Assembly (NCBI GenBank): GCA_043228905.1
Contig: JBHGNT010000009.1
Coordinates: 1,178,001-1,242,000 of the forward strand
From: Azolla caroliniana
Lineage: Eukaryota; Plantae; Polypodiophyta
Length of the DNA stretch: 64,000 nucleotides
Direction of reading: 5' to 3'
Shown: in pieces, positions 36,667-50,700 of the stretch
Layout of the letters: each line of letters starts with the position of its first letter
How positions within the stretch are numbered: position 1 is the first letter of the stretch
Program-made: the position numbers and the translations under genes
Notes under the pieces: model-generated
The model's database searches: none
What the model was told of the DNA's origin: nothing
Seen by the model: only the letters and a program-made list of their open reading frames with translations

Positions 36667-39600
36667 AGAGGACTGCCAAGGCGTGGGGCCGCGACAGTCT
36701 GGATGCTCCGGAAAAACCCCACATCTGTACGATAAAACCGTGTACGACAGGTAGGGAATTTTGCTTCTCCGACAGCGGAGCATGTACGATGGTCGGCATC
36801 GCCGGCCGAGAGAAAACAAAGACGGAGGGGAGACTTCGGGCGTGCGGAGTTCTCGGCCCTGACGAGGAAATCGACGGAGCCGTGGAGGCAGTCTCCCTCG
36901 ACGACACCTTGGGAATGCTGGGGAAGGTAGTCGAAGAAGGCCTTAACGAAGACCGGACGATACCGGTATGTTCCGAAGAGATGTATGAAGTCATCGCGGA
37001 CTTCGGTCGAGGGTTCGAGTCGGGACTAACGGCCCGAGTTAGCACCAAGTACAAGACCGTGGACCGGAAGGTGAGGCCAGTTGCGGCACCCTTACCGGAG
37101 GGCAGCGAGTCCCGAATCAAAGGGGTTGCATCGGACCCCAGCTTACGAGATCCGGCCTGCATAGGACACACCTTCACCAACGAGACGCTCCGCGAGCTGA
37201 AGATCGGTGGGGGCGGGTTCCTACTGCCGGTGGAGGAAGACCGGTTTCGGAGAATGCTCGGAAGGCACGGGAAAGCCTTCGCATTCTCACCGGAGGAAAT
37301 CGGGTGCGTAGACCCGACGATCGTAGAACCAATGGTGATATTCACGGTACCGCATGTACCGTGGAATCTCAAGCCGATTCCGGTTCCGAGAGCTCACATC
37401 CCGAAGTTGATGGAGCTGTTGAAGTAGAAAGTTGATATGGGCATTCTCGAGCCGTCGAGCGCCCCGTATTCAAACCGATGGTTTACCGTACCAAAGAAAA
37501 ACGGGTCATTGCGCTTCATTCAGGACCTGCAACCGGTCAATAGGGTGACCATTCGGAACGCAGGGATCGGACCGACCATAGACGAGTTCGCGGAGGCCTT
37601 CGCCGGAAGGTCGATTTACTCGGTCGGTGATCTATACTCAGGGTACGACCAGTTCCAGCTAGCCGTGGAGAGCAGAGACATTACGACGATGCGAACTCCC
37701 CTCGGCCTAGTGCGGATGTGTACGCTGCCACAAGGAGGGACCAACTCGGTGGCCCACATGGTGAATGCAATGAACAAGGTGCTGAGGGACTGCGTCCCGG
37801 ACATCACCATGCCGTTTCTAGACGACATCCCGATCAAGGGATGCCCGGTAGAAGAGAAGGACGAGACGATCGGGCCGGACGGATGCCGGCGATTCGTGGT
37901 GACACACATTGACGACTGCGAGAAGGTGCTGCAAAGGCTAGAGGATGCGAGGCTCACCTTCTCGGGGGAGAAGTCTGCCTTCGGGCAGTCGGAAATCATG
38001 GTGGTCGGACATTTATGTGGGCCATATGGCCGGAAACCGTCTCCGGCAAAGGTAGAAGCCATCTCCGCGATGAAGCCTGACTGCAGCTCGGTCACGGAAG
38101 TACGAAGATTCTTGGGAGCATGCGCCTTCTACCACATATGGATCCCGCATTACGCGCACGTCGCGGAGCCGCTGTACGGATTATTGAAGAAAGGGCGAAG
38201 ATTCGAATGGCTAGACAAGCACGCGGAGTCGGTCCGGAAGCTGAAGGAGGCTCTTTCGGCAGCACCGACGCTCCGAAAGGCTGTCTACAGGAAGGGCACC
38301 CCAGTGTACATAACGGTTGGCACGAGTCCGACCGGAATCGGGTGGGTCGTCAACCAAGAAGACAGGGACGGCAATCGGTTTCCAATCCGATTCGGCGCGA
38401 AGGTCCTCAGTGAGCGGCAACGGGGATACGCCCAGGTTAAACGCGAGCTCTGGGGTATCGTTTCGGCGGTGAAGACCGACAAGGACTATCTGATCGGGAC
38501 AGAGGTAATCATAGAGACGGATTGCATGCCGATTCTCGGCATGGTTCACGGATGCGCGACGCCGGACCTGGCAATGCTCAGGTGGATAGCGTACATCAAG
38601 TCCCTGGACCCGGAGATACGACACATTTCCGGGAAAGACAACGCCATGGCCGACATGCTTTCAAGGGCGAGATTCGATGACGAGGGCGCCATGGTTTCGG
38701 AGGACGAGGAGGTCGGCGTGGACTTCTTCGAGGCAGCATACGTAACAACCGGCGGGTCGAGCACTCCGGCGCTTAACGACTTCGACGCGAGCAAGTACGA
38801 CGGGGAGTGGCTGCAGATCGGCGGGTTCTTGAGGACAATGGCGCCGGATGCGTCATGGACGAAAGACGAGGCCAACCGGATCCGGAAGAAAGCGTACCGA
38901 TTCTTTCTCCGGGATGGATACTTGTGGAAGCACCCGAAGAAGAGGAACGGCGTCCCGCTCCGGGTGGTGGCAATGAAGGAAGATCAGGAGGAGCTGCTAG
39001 CGGCCTGCCACGACAGCCCTTGGGCTGGACACCGTGGGACATGGGCTACGTTTGAGAAACTGAAGGGGAAGTATTGGTGGCCGGGGCAGTACCAGGACGT
39101 GTGTCGGTTCGTGACAACTTGCGAGAGCTGTCAGATGCACTCCATAGTCCGACACCGGGACGAGCTTCACCCTACGTACCCTCCGACCATCCACTTCAAA
39201 TGGATGGTAGATCTGGTGACGATGCCAATGGGGGTAGGACAGATGCGGTACCTGGTCCTAGCACGGGAGGATCTGACGAACCAGGTGGAAGGCCGAGCCC
39301 TCCCGAACAAAACGACCGCGGCCGTATGTCGGTTCCTAATCGAGGACGTGATATGCCGGTACGGGTGCGTCGGGAAGATCGTGGCTGATCGAGGGGAGTT
39401 GGACACCGAAGAAGCCGCGGAGCTGTTCGACCGGCTCGGAGTTAAGCTCTCGCTCACCACTGCGTACAATCCGGAGGCGAATGGGAAGGTGGAGCGCGGA
39501 CACGGGCCGATCGTCAAGGCGTTGGTTCGGGCATGCGGAGGCCAAGTCGGTAACTGGCCGCGGCTGCTACCTTATGCTTTGTGGGCAGACCGGACCACGC

Positions 39601-40145
39601 ACAGTTCGGTAACTGGGTACATGCCGACGGAGCTCATGTTCGGCCAGAAGCCGATCATGCCGATGGAACGGACGATCTCCTCGTGGGCAACGGTCGACTG
39701 GAGGGACGAGATGAGCCGGGAGGAGTTGTTGGCCGCGCGTATACGACAGCTCGAGCGGAGACTGGAGGACGTGGAACTGGCTGCGGAGAGGCTCCGGGTG
39801 GCGAGGGCAAAGAACAAAGCCAGGTTCGACCGAACGCACCGGCTCCGACCGAAGAAGATCGAAGAAGGTGACTGGGTGCTCGTCTACGACAGCAGCCTCG
39901 ACAACCAGCACCGAGCTACACGGAAGTTCGCACGAAGGTGGTTTGGGCCTTACGCGGTACGGAGCGCCAATGGCAACGGGACATATCACCTGGCGGAACT
40001 CGACGGCACGAGAATGGCGATACCGGTTGCAGGGAAGCGGATCAAAGCGTTCAAGAAGCGACACGACGACGAGCCCGACCCGGCTCTCCTAGTCGGCAGT
40101 GACGAACGATCCGAAAACGAGGAAGAACCGACGGGCGAGGAATGA
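36657..40145 (+). CDS. pol: Element C Pol (RT-RH-IN) in the -1 frame, with one in-frame TAG at 37425
   Basis: LPQGGTNS, PFLDD, RGYAQVKRELWG, H..H..CESC, VADRGE, NGKVER and GPY motifs. No chromodomain. Confidence 0.9.
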
Positions 40146-42132
40146 AGACGGGCCGGTTTTCTCCGTCCCAACTCTCTTGGCGCATACCGGAGGATGCGCG
40201 GTTAGGTGGGGGCGGATGTCGTGAAGAAAACCGTCCCTAAGCGGAATCGGCGCACCAAGGCGTGGGAACCGGTTCTTCACGCGCGCACGCTCCAAGTTGT
40301 ACATAGAATCGAATTAGGAGGATAATCGGCAGGAACGGGCCCTAACACGAGTGGAGACAAAGACTGCGCGAACAGTCTTTTCGGTCACGCGCGCGAACTG
40401 TACGAGTCGGCGGCGTAACTACGCGGATGCGTGAAGAACAGAGGAGATCCCTGTCAAAAAGGGACAGGGAATAAAGCTGACAGGACGGCCTGCTCGACGG
40501 CCTATATAAGGAGCAGGAAAGAGCTGCTGCAGGGATCTCGCGCGGAGAGGACGAAGTGCTGTCGGACCGTTTCCGGACGCTTCTCTCTCTGTTTCCTTCC
40601 TTATTGAGCTCCATAGCTTTCTGTGCAGGGTTCGGAGGAGGCTCGCGCTGTTTCGAGGAACGCCCGGAGAGCTTCCGGCAGCACCTCCGACCTGCTACCC
40701 CTTTGTGCGTCGAAGCGAACAGGCATCGGCGTCTGTTTGCCGGCCTGTTCGGTTGTCACCAACCTGTGCCCCATCGAGGGTTGTAGTAGTGTTAGCCATT
40801 TCTGTTAATATACATAATTAGTCATTCGCGTCTGTCTGTGTCGGTGTCTGGGCGCATTCTCCGTCCCGAAGGGCCGTGTCCCTGTGTATCCCCGGTCCCG
40901 CGTAGCCGGTCCTCTCACTTTCTCCTCCCTCGCTGGCTCTTTGGTTCGAGACCCCCGCGGTCCCGCCTCGTTTCCACACGCACTTGCATAATACCTCGAC
41001 AACGGATCCTCGACAGCAAAGTGGAGCTGTCATTACGGGAGGTGCTAGGGATCGCCAAGAAGGAGTTCCACGACTCCATTGTAGACTTGGTGAAACGGAA
41101 GAGACTGTCGACGGGGACAGAACCGGAAAGACCGGTGGAGGTGCGGACGACGCACATCGACGACTCGGCGCTGGAAGATGAGTGGGCGGAGAGCCACTAT
41201 TCGAGGCCACACTGGGCCCGAGCGACCACGGAGACCCCGGTAAAGATCAGAGATGTTCGGGAACCGGTGGTGGCGTTGGTGGACCACGGTTCGGAAATAA
41301 ACCTAATGTCCATGGACTTCTATAAGAAGGGGAATTTTTGACGGTGCGGCCGAACCACGAGAGAAACCGCGAGTCCCTCGGTGGCGAGAACCGGGAGGAT
41401 TTTTAGAGAGGATTGCCAAGGCGTGGGGCCGAGACAGTCCGGACACTCGGAAAAGACCCCACGATTGTACGATAGGCAGGAGATTTTGCTTCTCCGACAA
41501 CGGAGGGTGTATGATGGTCGGCATCGTTGGCCGAGAAAAGACAAGGGCGGAACAGCGACTTCGAACGTGCGGAGTTCTCGGCCCGGACGAGGAAATCAGC
41601 GGAGCCGTGGAGGCGGTCTCCTTCGACGACACCTTAGGGATGCTGAGGAAGGTTGCCGGAGAAGACCTTAACGAAGACCGGACGATACCGGTATGTTCCG
41701 AAGAGATGTACGAAGTCATCGCGAACTTCAGTCGGGGGCTCGGGTCGGATCGGACGGCCCGAGTAAGCACAAGGTACAAGACTGTGGACTGGAAGGTAAG
41801 GCCAGTCCCGGATCAGAGGGGTTGCGTCGGACCCCAGCTTACGAGATCCGGCCTGCATAGGGCACACCTTCACCGACGGGACGCTCCGGGAGCTCAAAAT
41901 CGGTGGGGGCGGGTTCCTACTGCCGGCGGAGGAAGACCGGTTTCGGAGGATGCTCGGAAGGCACGGGAAAGCATTTGCATTCTCACCGGAAGAGATCGGG
42001 TGCGTAGACCCGACGATCGTGGAGCCGATGGTGATATTCACGGTACCGCATGTACCGTGGAATCTCAAGCCGATTCCGGTACCGAGAGCTCACATCCCGA
42101 AGTTGATGGAGCTATTGAGGTAGAAAGTAGAT

Positions 42133-44841
42133 ATGGGCATTCTTGAACCGTCGAGTGCCCCGTACTCGAACCGATGGTTTACCGTACCGAAGAAAAACGG
42201 AACGTTGCGCTTCATTCAAGACCTGCAGCCGGTCAACATAGTGACCATTCGAAACGTAGGAATCGGACCGACCATAGACGAGTTCACGGAGGCCTTTGCC
42301 GGAAGGTCGATTTACTCGGTCGGTGATCTGTACTCAGGGTACGACCAATTCCAGCTAGCCGTGGAGAGCAGAGACATTACGACGATGCGAACTCCCCTCG
42401 GCCTAGTGCGAATGTGTACCCTGCCACAGGGAGGGACCAACTCGGTGGCCCACATGGTGAATGCAATGAACAAGGTACTGAGGGATTGCATCCCGGACAT
42501 CACCATGCCGTTTCTAGACGACATCCCTATCAAAGGGTGCCCGGTGGAGGAGAAGGACGAGACAGTCGGGCCGGACGGATGCCGGCGATTCGTGGCGACA
42601 CACATCAACGACTGCGAGAAGGTGCTACAGAGGCTGGAGGATGCGAGGCTCACCTTCTCCAGGGAGAAATCGGCCTTCGGGCAATCGGAAATCCTGGTAG
42701 TCGGACACCTATGTGGGCCATATGGCCGGAAGCCGTCTCCGGCAAAGGTAGAAGCCATCTCCGCGATGAAGACCGACTGTAGCTCGGTTACGGAAGTTCG
42801 GAGGTTCCTGGGGGCATGCGCATTCTACCACATATGGATCCCGCATTACGCCCACGTTGCGGAGCCGCTATACGGGTTGCTGAAGAAGGGGCAAAGATTC
42901 GAGTGGCGAGACGAGCACACGGGGTCGGTCCGGAAGCTGAAGGAAGCTCTTGCGGCAGCTCCGGCGCTCCGGAAGGCTGTCTACGAGAAGGGTACCCCGG
43001 TAAACATAACGGTGGATACGAGCCCGACCGGGATCGGATGGGTCGTCAACCAAGAAGACAAGGACGGCACCCGGTTCCCGATCCGATTCGGCGCTAAGGT
43101 CCTCAGTGAGCGACAGCGAGGGTACGCCCAGGTTAAACGTGAACTCTGGGGTATCGTTTCGGCAGTAAAGGCGGACAAAGACTACCTGATCGAGGCAGAA
43201 GTGGTTATCGAGACGGATTGCCTGCCAATTCTCGGCATGGTTTCCGGATGCGCGACAACGGACCTGGCGATGCTCAGGTGGATAGCGTACGTCAAGTCCC
43301 TGGACCCGAAAATACGGCACATTTCCGGAAAGGATAACGCCATGGCCGACATGCTTTCGAGGGCGAGGTTTGATGACGAGGGCGGCATGGTTTCGGAGGA
43401 CGAAGAAGTCGGCGTGGACTTCTTCGAGTCGGCGTACGTGACGACCGATGGGACGAGCACTCCGGCACTTAACGACTTCGACGAGAGCAAGTACGACGGC
43501 GAGTGGCTCCAGATCGGTGGATTCTTGAGGACAATGACGCCGGATGCGTCATGGACGAAGGACGAGGCCAACCGGATCCGGAAGAAAGCTTACCGATTCT
43601 TTCTCCGGGACGGATACTTATGGAAGCACCCGAAGAAGAAGGACGGCGCTCCGCTCCGGGTGGTGGCGATGAAGGAAGAACAGGAGGAGCTGCTGACGGC
43701 CTACCACGACAGCCCTTGGGCCGGACACCGTGGAACCTGGGCCACGTTCGAGAAGATAAAGGGGAAGTACTGGTGGTCGGGACTGTACCGGGATGTGCAT
43801 CGATTCGTGACAACTTGCGAGAGCTGTCAGATGCACTCCATAGTCCGACACCGGGACGAACTTCACCCTACATACCCTCCGACCATCCACTTCAAATGGA
43901 TGGTAGACCTGGTAACGATGCCGATGGGAATAGAACAGATGCGGTATTTGGTCCTGGCTCGGGAAGATCTAACGAACCAGGTGGAAGGCCGGGCCCTTCA
44001 GAACAAAACGACTGCAGCCGTATGTAGGTTCCTGCTCGAGGATGTAATATGCCGGTACGGGTGCGTCGGGAAGATCGTGGCTGATCGCGGGGAGTTGGAC
44101 GCCGAAGAGGCCGAGGAGCTGTTCGACCGGCTAGGAGTCAAGCTCTCGCTTACCACTGCGTACAATCCGGAGGCGAATGGAAAGGTGGAGCGCGGACACG
44201 GACCGATCGTCAAGGCGTTAGTTCGGGCATGCGGAGGTCGAGTCGGTAACTGGCCGCGGCTATTGCCTTACGCGTTGTGGGCTGACCGGACTACGCACAG
44301 TTCGGTAACCGGATTCATGCTGGCAGAGCTCATGTTTGGGCAGAAGCCGATCATGCCGATCGAACGTACGGTCTCCTCATGGGCAACCGTGGACTGGAGA
44401 GACGAGATGAGCCGGGAGGAACTGTTGACGGCGCGCATACGACAGCTCGAACGGAGACCGGAGGACGTGTAGCAGGCTGCGGAAAAGCTTCGGGAGGCAA
44501 GGATGAGGAACAAAGCCCGGTTCGACCGAACACACCGGCTCCGACCGAAGAAGATCGAGGAAGGCGACTGGGTGCTAGTTTACGACAACAGCCTCGACAA
44601 CCAGCACCGAGCGACGCGGAAGTTCGCAAGAAGGTGGTTCGGGCCTTACGTGGTACAAAGCGCCAACGACAACGGGACGTACCATCTGGCGGAACTCGAC
44701 GGTACGAGAATGACGATACCGGTAGCTGGGAAGCGGATCAAGGCGTTCAAGAAGCGTCACGACGACGAGTCGGATCAGGTTGACTTGGACCGCGACGACG
44801 AGCGATCCGAAACCGAGGAAGAACCGACGGGCGGGGAATGA
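42133..44841 (+). pseudogene. pol: Element B pol (RT-RH-IN)
   Basis: Close homologue of C pol; stops at 42121 (upstream) and 44470. Confidence 0.92.
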
Positions 44842-45542
44842 AGGCTGGACCGGTTTTTCTCCGTCCCAACACAATTTGGCGCATGCCGGTGGATGCGCGG
44901 TTAGGTTGGGGCGGATGTCGTGAAGAAAACCGTCCACAAGAGGAATCGGTGTACCGGAGCGTAGAGACCGACTCTTCATGCACGTGCGCCTTAAGTTGTA
45001 CATAGGAGATCCTAGGTAAATTCGGTAGGTAGGGAGTAAAGGGCGGGGAGTCGAGGACGAAGTGCTGTCGGATTGGGCGCGAAGTCTCTCTCTCTCTCTC
45101 TCGCTCTCTCTCGCTCTCGCTCTCTCTCTCTCTCTTGCTCTCTCTCTGTCTCTGGTTCGCAGACTCCATAGCTTCCTTCTGTGCAGGTTTCGGGAGGCTC
45201 GCGCTGCTCTGAGGAATGCTCGAGTGCTTCCGGCAGCACCTCCAACCTGTTCCTGTCTTTCTGTGCGTTTACGAACAGGTACCGGCATCTGTCCGCCGGC
45301 CTGTTCGGTTGTAACCAACATCGTGTTTTAGTGACTCCGTGTTCTTGTCGTTTGTCTTGTCAATACATACATACTTTCGCGTCTTTCTGTGTCGCTGTCC
45401 CACTCGTGTCTTGCGTCGAAGGGCCGTGTCCCTGTGAGTCTACGCTCGCACGTAGCGGGTCTCTCTCTCTCTCTCTTACTCTTCGGTACAGGACCCCCGA
45501 GGTCTCGCCTCACTCCGCGCATCCGCGAGGAATACCTCGACA

Positions 45543-47332
45543 CCGTATTTAGTGACCACAAGAATCTTGCCTACTTTCAGGATGCTCGTGTGTTGAATCG
45601 ACGTCAAGCTCGGTGGGCCCACTTCCTCACGCGTTTCGACTTCAAAATTACATATCATCCGGGGAGGCACCAAGGGAAGGCAGATGCATTATCACGGTGT
45701 TCGTATCTAGCACCCCGTCCCGACGAGCCAACTTTCGATAACCAAAAACAAGTCATCTTGGGACCGGCACGACTACAAGCAACACAGATCTTTGACATGC
45801 CTATGGATTCCCGCGTTATCGATACCATACGTGAAGACTTGAAGACAAATGCGTTCGCCCAAGCTATACTAGCACAAATTGATCCCTCTCGAGCGTCGTG
45901 TTCACAGTCGCAACCACCAGGTACAGACTATCGGCAATTCAAATACCATGATGGATTACTCTTCTTTAAAGAACTTTTGTATGTTCCTAATGGTTCTTGC
46001 CGCCTTCGAGTAGTACAAAACTGTCATGACACATATACAATTGGGCATTTTGGTAGTACTAAAACATTACATTTAGTACAACGAACATTCTAGTGGCCCT
46101 GTATGCGACAATTTGTCGAGGATTTTGTTCGGACTTGTGATACATGTTGCAGAGCGAAAATGCCAAGGCATCATCCATATGGTTTATTAGAACCATTACC
46201 AATTCCAAGCAAGTCGTGGCAATCCATTGCTCTAGACTTCATCGCAGATCTTCCAGTCTCTAAGGGGTTCAATGGGATTCTAACGGTGGTCGATCGATAT
46301 ACGAAGCTGGCTCATTTCTTGCCATGTACTAAGGAGATCTCCAGTGAAGACACTGCCGAAATTGTCATGCGTGAAGTATGTCGGCATCATGGACTTCCCG
46401 ATAGTATCATCAGCGATCGTGGACCCCAGTTCGTGTCAAAATTCTGGAAGCACCTTTTTAACATGCTCAAGGTCACTTGTAACCTCTCCTCCGGCTACCA
46501 CCCACAAACCGACGGCCAAGCTGAACGAACAAATCAAACGTTGGAGCAGTATCTGCGGTGCTTTCTCAGCTATCATCAAGATGACTGGGCATATATTCTC
46601 CACATCGCTGAATTTGCCTATAACAACTCTATCCACGCATCCACTAAAGTTACGCCATTTTATGCTTATACGGGATGTCACCCCCGGTGGAGTGTACTTG
46701 AAACCCTAGAGGTGTCCACAAATCCGTGCGCGGAGGATCGTTTGGAGCAGTTACGCAAGATACAAGCGGATTTATCTACTCATCTCCAGCAATCTCAACA
46801 AACACACAAGGTCTACGCGGATCATCATCGACTTCCATCTAGTTTTAATATTGGAGATCGGGTGTGGCTGCTACGATGACACATCAAGACTACTCGTCCA
46901 TGTGCGAAGTTAGATTATCGGCGATTAGGTCCTTTCCGTATTATTGGACAAATTAATGATGTCGCTTTTCGTCTCGATCTACCTCCTCAACTTCGGATAC
47001 ATCCGGTGTTTCATAGTTCTCTCCTCGAACCCTACCACGAGAGCACCATCCTAGGACGTCTTATCCAACCTCCACCCCCGATCGAGCTTGAAGATGGGCC
47101 GGAGTACGAGGTTGCTGCCATCCTTGATTCCAGGATTGTTCGCAACAAGCTCTACTATCTAGTCGATTGGCTAGGCTATAGCCCCAACGAACGTACTTGG
47201 GAACCGATCGAGAATGTGACCAATGCTCGTGCTCTTCTTGAAGACTTCCATCGTCAATATCCACACAAACCAGGTCCTCAATCCAAGACGACTCGTGACA
47301 CTCGTCGTTTTAAAGGGGGGATAGTGTCATGA
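45543..47332 (+). pseudogene. pol: Chromovirus pol part 4 (RNase H end, integrase, group I chromodomain)
   Basis: DHKNL, GHFG, CDTC, SDRGPQF, QTDGQAER, GPF and [10 protein letters not shown]...[17 protein letters not shown]. Stops at 46091 and 46877. Confidence 0.93.
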
Positions 47333-47762
47333 TATGGCAAGACTCGAACCCATGACCTTAGGTTATATGGGTCGAGCTCTTGACCATTAGATCATCTATT
47401 GTAATACGTAGGATATTATTTTCATTTACATTTTATTATAGGAAATTAGTGTATATTCCAGATTTCTCTGGAACATTCTAGAAGCTTCAGGATTACTCCT
47501 GAAAACACTATAAAAGAGGGCACTAGGCATTATATTGAACCAAATTGGTTCAACGCCAGTCTTAAGGCTTTTAGCCACCATTGTATATTCTCTTCATATA
47601 ATACATATCTTTCTTATCATCACACACACACTCTCTCTCTCTCTCTCTCTTTCTCTCCGTCTCGCTCACTTCTTCCTTCTCTCGAAGAAGTTCCACACCT
47701 CTCATAGTACTAATCCTTCGTTTAGTACCAATTCCTTCTCTGTCTCAGTACTGTTCCTGACA

Positions 47763-50700
47763 CCGTTTCGACAAACGGCGCGATTGGAGCGATGGAAGCT
47801 CGTTGGGGTCAGGGCCGGTCTCGAGGAGGAGTCCCGAGGAGCCGGTATCGGTGCCAGCCGGAAGGAAGGAAGAGACCAGAATCTGGCCAGAATCGGGGTC
47901 GGCATCGAACGACGTGGTCAGAGGCCCATCCGGATGAGCGGCTCTAGAGGAGTTGGCACAGATGGTGCGCGACCTGCAGATCGCATAGGCCCGGAGAGAC
48001 AGTGGCGAACAACCTCGCGACCGGAGGCCGCCGGCTGGGAAGCGGTGCATGTGGTGTGATGCGATCGGTCACATTCGGAAGGATTGCGCGGATTTCGCCG
48101 ACGCACTCAGGACCAATGTGGTGTACCTCTGGAACGGGCGGGTCACGCAAGCGAGACCTGGAGAGCCCTAGAACTGAATACGGGGCGCAACGGAATGAAG
48201 AGGTTGATGTTAAAGGCCGTGGCACGACACGTCGAAGCCGTGAACTACTCAGTGTCGGCAGGAATTTGGGTCGGGGGTAATGAGACCCGGAAGACGAAGG
48301 ACTCCGGATTCTGACCGCAAGTGCTAGAAGGCCTCTCCGGAGTTCGGCTGAAGAAGGAAGAGGTAGACTGCGCGGAACAATGGGTCCAAGAGGTCACCGG
48401 TTGGGACGATCCGGTCGAAGAGAAAATGGGCTTCGCAGAAGCCGCTTGCCAGAACTACGAGGTTCTGGTGGAGGACAAACGGGCAGGAAAGGCCGGAGAG
48501 GTCGGTCCCCCGCAGAGGTATGAGACCCGGTTCGGACCAAAACCGACCAGTGCCGGCAACCTAGGCGCGCTGGACGGAAAGAAGTAGGCGGGGTTTCGGT
48601 TGAGCACCGAAATCGAAAGGACCACAGACCTAGAAAAGGTCCTGGAGGAACGTATCCTCGACAGCAAAGTGGAGTTGTCATTGCGGGAGGTGCTGGGAAT
48701 CGCCAAGAGGGAGTTCCACGACTCTATCGTAGACTTGGTGAAGCGGAAGAGGCTCTCGACGGAGCCGGAACCGGAGAAGCCGGTGGAGGTGCGGACCACG
48801 CACTTGGAAGACGAAGCCCTAGAAGACGAGTTGGCGGGAAGCCACTACATGAAGCCGCATTGGGCCAGGGCAACTACGAAAACCCCTGTACGGATCGACA
48901 ACATTCTGGAACTGGTGGTGGCGTTGGTAGACCATGGATCCGATATCAACCTGATGTCCATGGATTTCTACAAGAAGGGTAAATGGCCGATCAACACCAA
49001 GCATAGCTAGAAGATACGGGTAGTGACGCGCGCCAGGAAAGAACTACATGGGGCCTGTCCAAACGTACGGGTGAAAATCGGCGATGTCGAGATCGACTAA
49101 CACTTCTTCGTGCAGGAGACGTCCTCGCATCCGGTTATACTAGGAGAGCCATATATCACGGCGGCATGGATGGAGACCAAGGTGCTGGACAACGGTTCAG
49201 CCTATGCAAGAGTCAAGAGCCAGGACAGGTGTCACTCGGTCCAGTTCCTAACGGTGCGACCAAACCACAAGCATAACCGCGAGGCCCTCGACGGCGAAAC
49301 CCGCGGGGATTTTTAGAGAGGGCTATCAAGGCGTGGGGCCACGATAGTCCAGACACCCGGGAAGAACCCCACAAATGTACAGTACGGAAAAAGACCTGGA
49401 CCATAGGTAGGAAATTTTGGTTCTCTGACAACGGAGGTTGTACTATAACCGGCGTCAGCAGCCGGGAAAGGAAGCGAGCGGAGGAGCGGCTCAGGGGATG
49501 CAGAGTCCTCTTCCCCGACGAAGACATCAGCGGCGCCGTGGAGGCGGTCTCTTTTGACGACACCTTGGGCGAACTGCGAAAGGTGATCGGTGAAGACCTT
49601 AGAGAAGACCGGACCGTTCCGGTAGGGTCAATGGGAATGTACGAAGTCATCGCGGACTTCGGGGAAAGGATCGGGTCGGATCGGACGGCCCGTGTGGATA
49701 CAAAGTACAAGACTGTGGACCGGAAAGTGAGGCCAGTCGCGGCATCCTTGCTGGAGGGCAGCGAGGAGCGGATAAAAGGGGTCGCGTCGGACCCAAGTTT
49801 ACGGAATCCGGCTGGCATAGGGCACCGGTTCACCGACATAACGCTACGGGAGCTCAAGGTTAATGGGGGCGGCTTTCTACTGCCGGCGGAGGAGGACCGG
49901 TTTCGGAGAATGCTCGGGAGGCACCGGTTTCGGAGAATGCTCGGGAGGCACCGGAAGGCTTTCGCATTCTCACCGGAGGAGATCGGGTGCGTAGACCCGA
50001 CAGTGGTCGAACCGATGGTGATCTTCACGGTACCGCATGTACTGTGGAATCTCAAGCCAATTCCGGTGCCGAGAGCTCACATCCCGAAGTTGATGGAGCT
50101 CCTGAAGCAAAAGGTGGAGATGGGCATCCTCGAACCGTCGAGTGCCCCGTATTCGAATCGGTGGTTTATGGTGCTGAAGAAGAAAGGCACGCTGCGCTTC
50201 ATTCAGGACCTGCAACCGGTCAACAAGGCGACCATCCGTAATGTAGGAATCAGACCGACCATAGACGAGTTCGCGGAGGCCTTCGCTGGAAGGTCGATCT
50301 ATTCTGTCGGTGATCTGTACTCCGGGTACGATCAGTTCCAACTAGCCGTGGAGAGCAGAGACATTACGACGATGCGGACTCCTCTCGGCCTAGTGCGGAT
50401 GTGTACCCTGCCACAAGGAGGGACGAACTCAGTGGCTCACATGGTGAACGCGATGAATAAAGTGCTCAAGGATTGTATCCCGGACATCACCATGCCATTC
50501 TTAGACGACATCCCGATCAGGGGATGCCCAGTGGAGAAAAAGGACGAGGCAATCGGGCCAGACGGATGTCGGAATTTCGTGGCGTCCCACATCGATGACT
50601 GCGAGAAGGTGCTGTAGAGACTAGAAGGCGCGAGGCTCACCTTCTCCGGGGAAAAGTCGGCCTTCGGGCAATTAGAGATCATGGTCGTCGGGCACCTATG

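Larger units (their letters stand above)
33711..41001 (+). mobile_element. W-family Ty3 element C (youngest, near intact)
   Basis: 785-bp LTRs 33711-34495 and 40217-41001 (two substitutions spotted by eye), TSD ACGG, PBS 34500-34517. Confidence 0.96.
31582..45542 (+). mobile_element. W-family Ty3 element B
   Basis: LTRs 31582-32202 and 44916-45542, TSD CCGT, PBS 32207-32224. Gag is split by element C and the protease region is deleted near 41330. Confidence 0.95.
22543..47762 (+). mobile_element. Chromovirus (Tcn1-like Ty3) carrying four nested inserts
   Basis: Near-identical LTRs 22543-22981 and 47325-47762, TSD CCGTT (22538-22542 and 47763-47767), PPT AAAGGGGGGA at 47312. Domain order gag-PR-RT-RH-IN-chromodomain. 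Confidence 0.95.

Noticed and set aside
27225-44800. Many overlapping antisense and alternative-frame ORFs
   Set aside because: Expected shadows of GC-rich retroelement coding sequence; no recognisable motifs.
26371-45547. 5-bp TSD reading for W-family insertions
   Set aside because: It would need LTRs ending in CGAC rather than CGACA. With TG..CA termini fixed by the paired LTRs, only 4 bp are duplicated.
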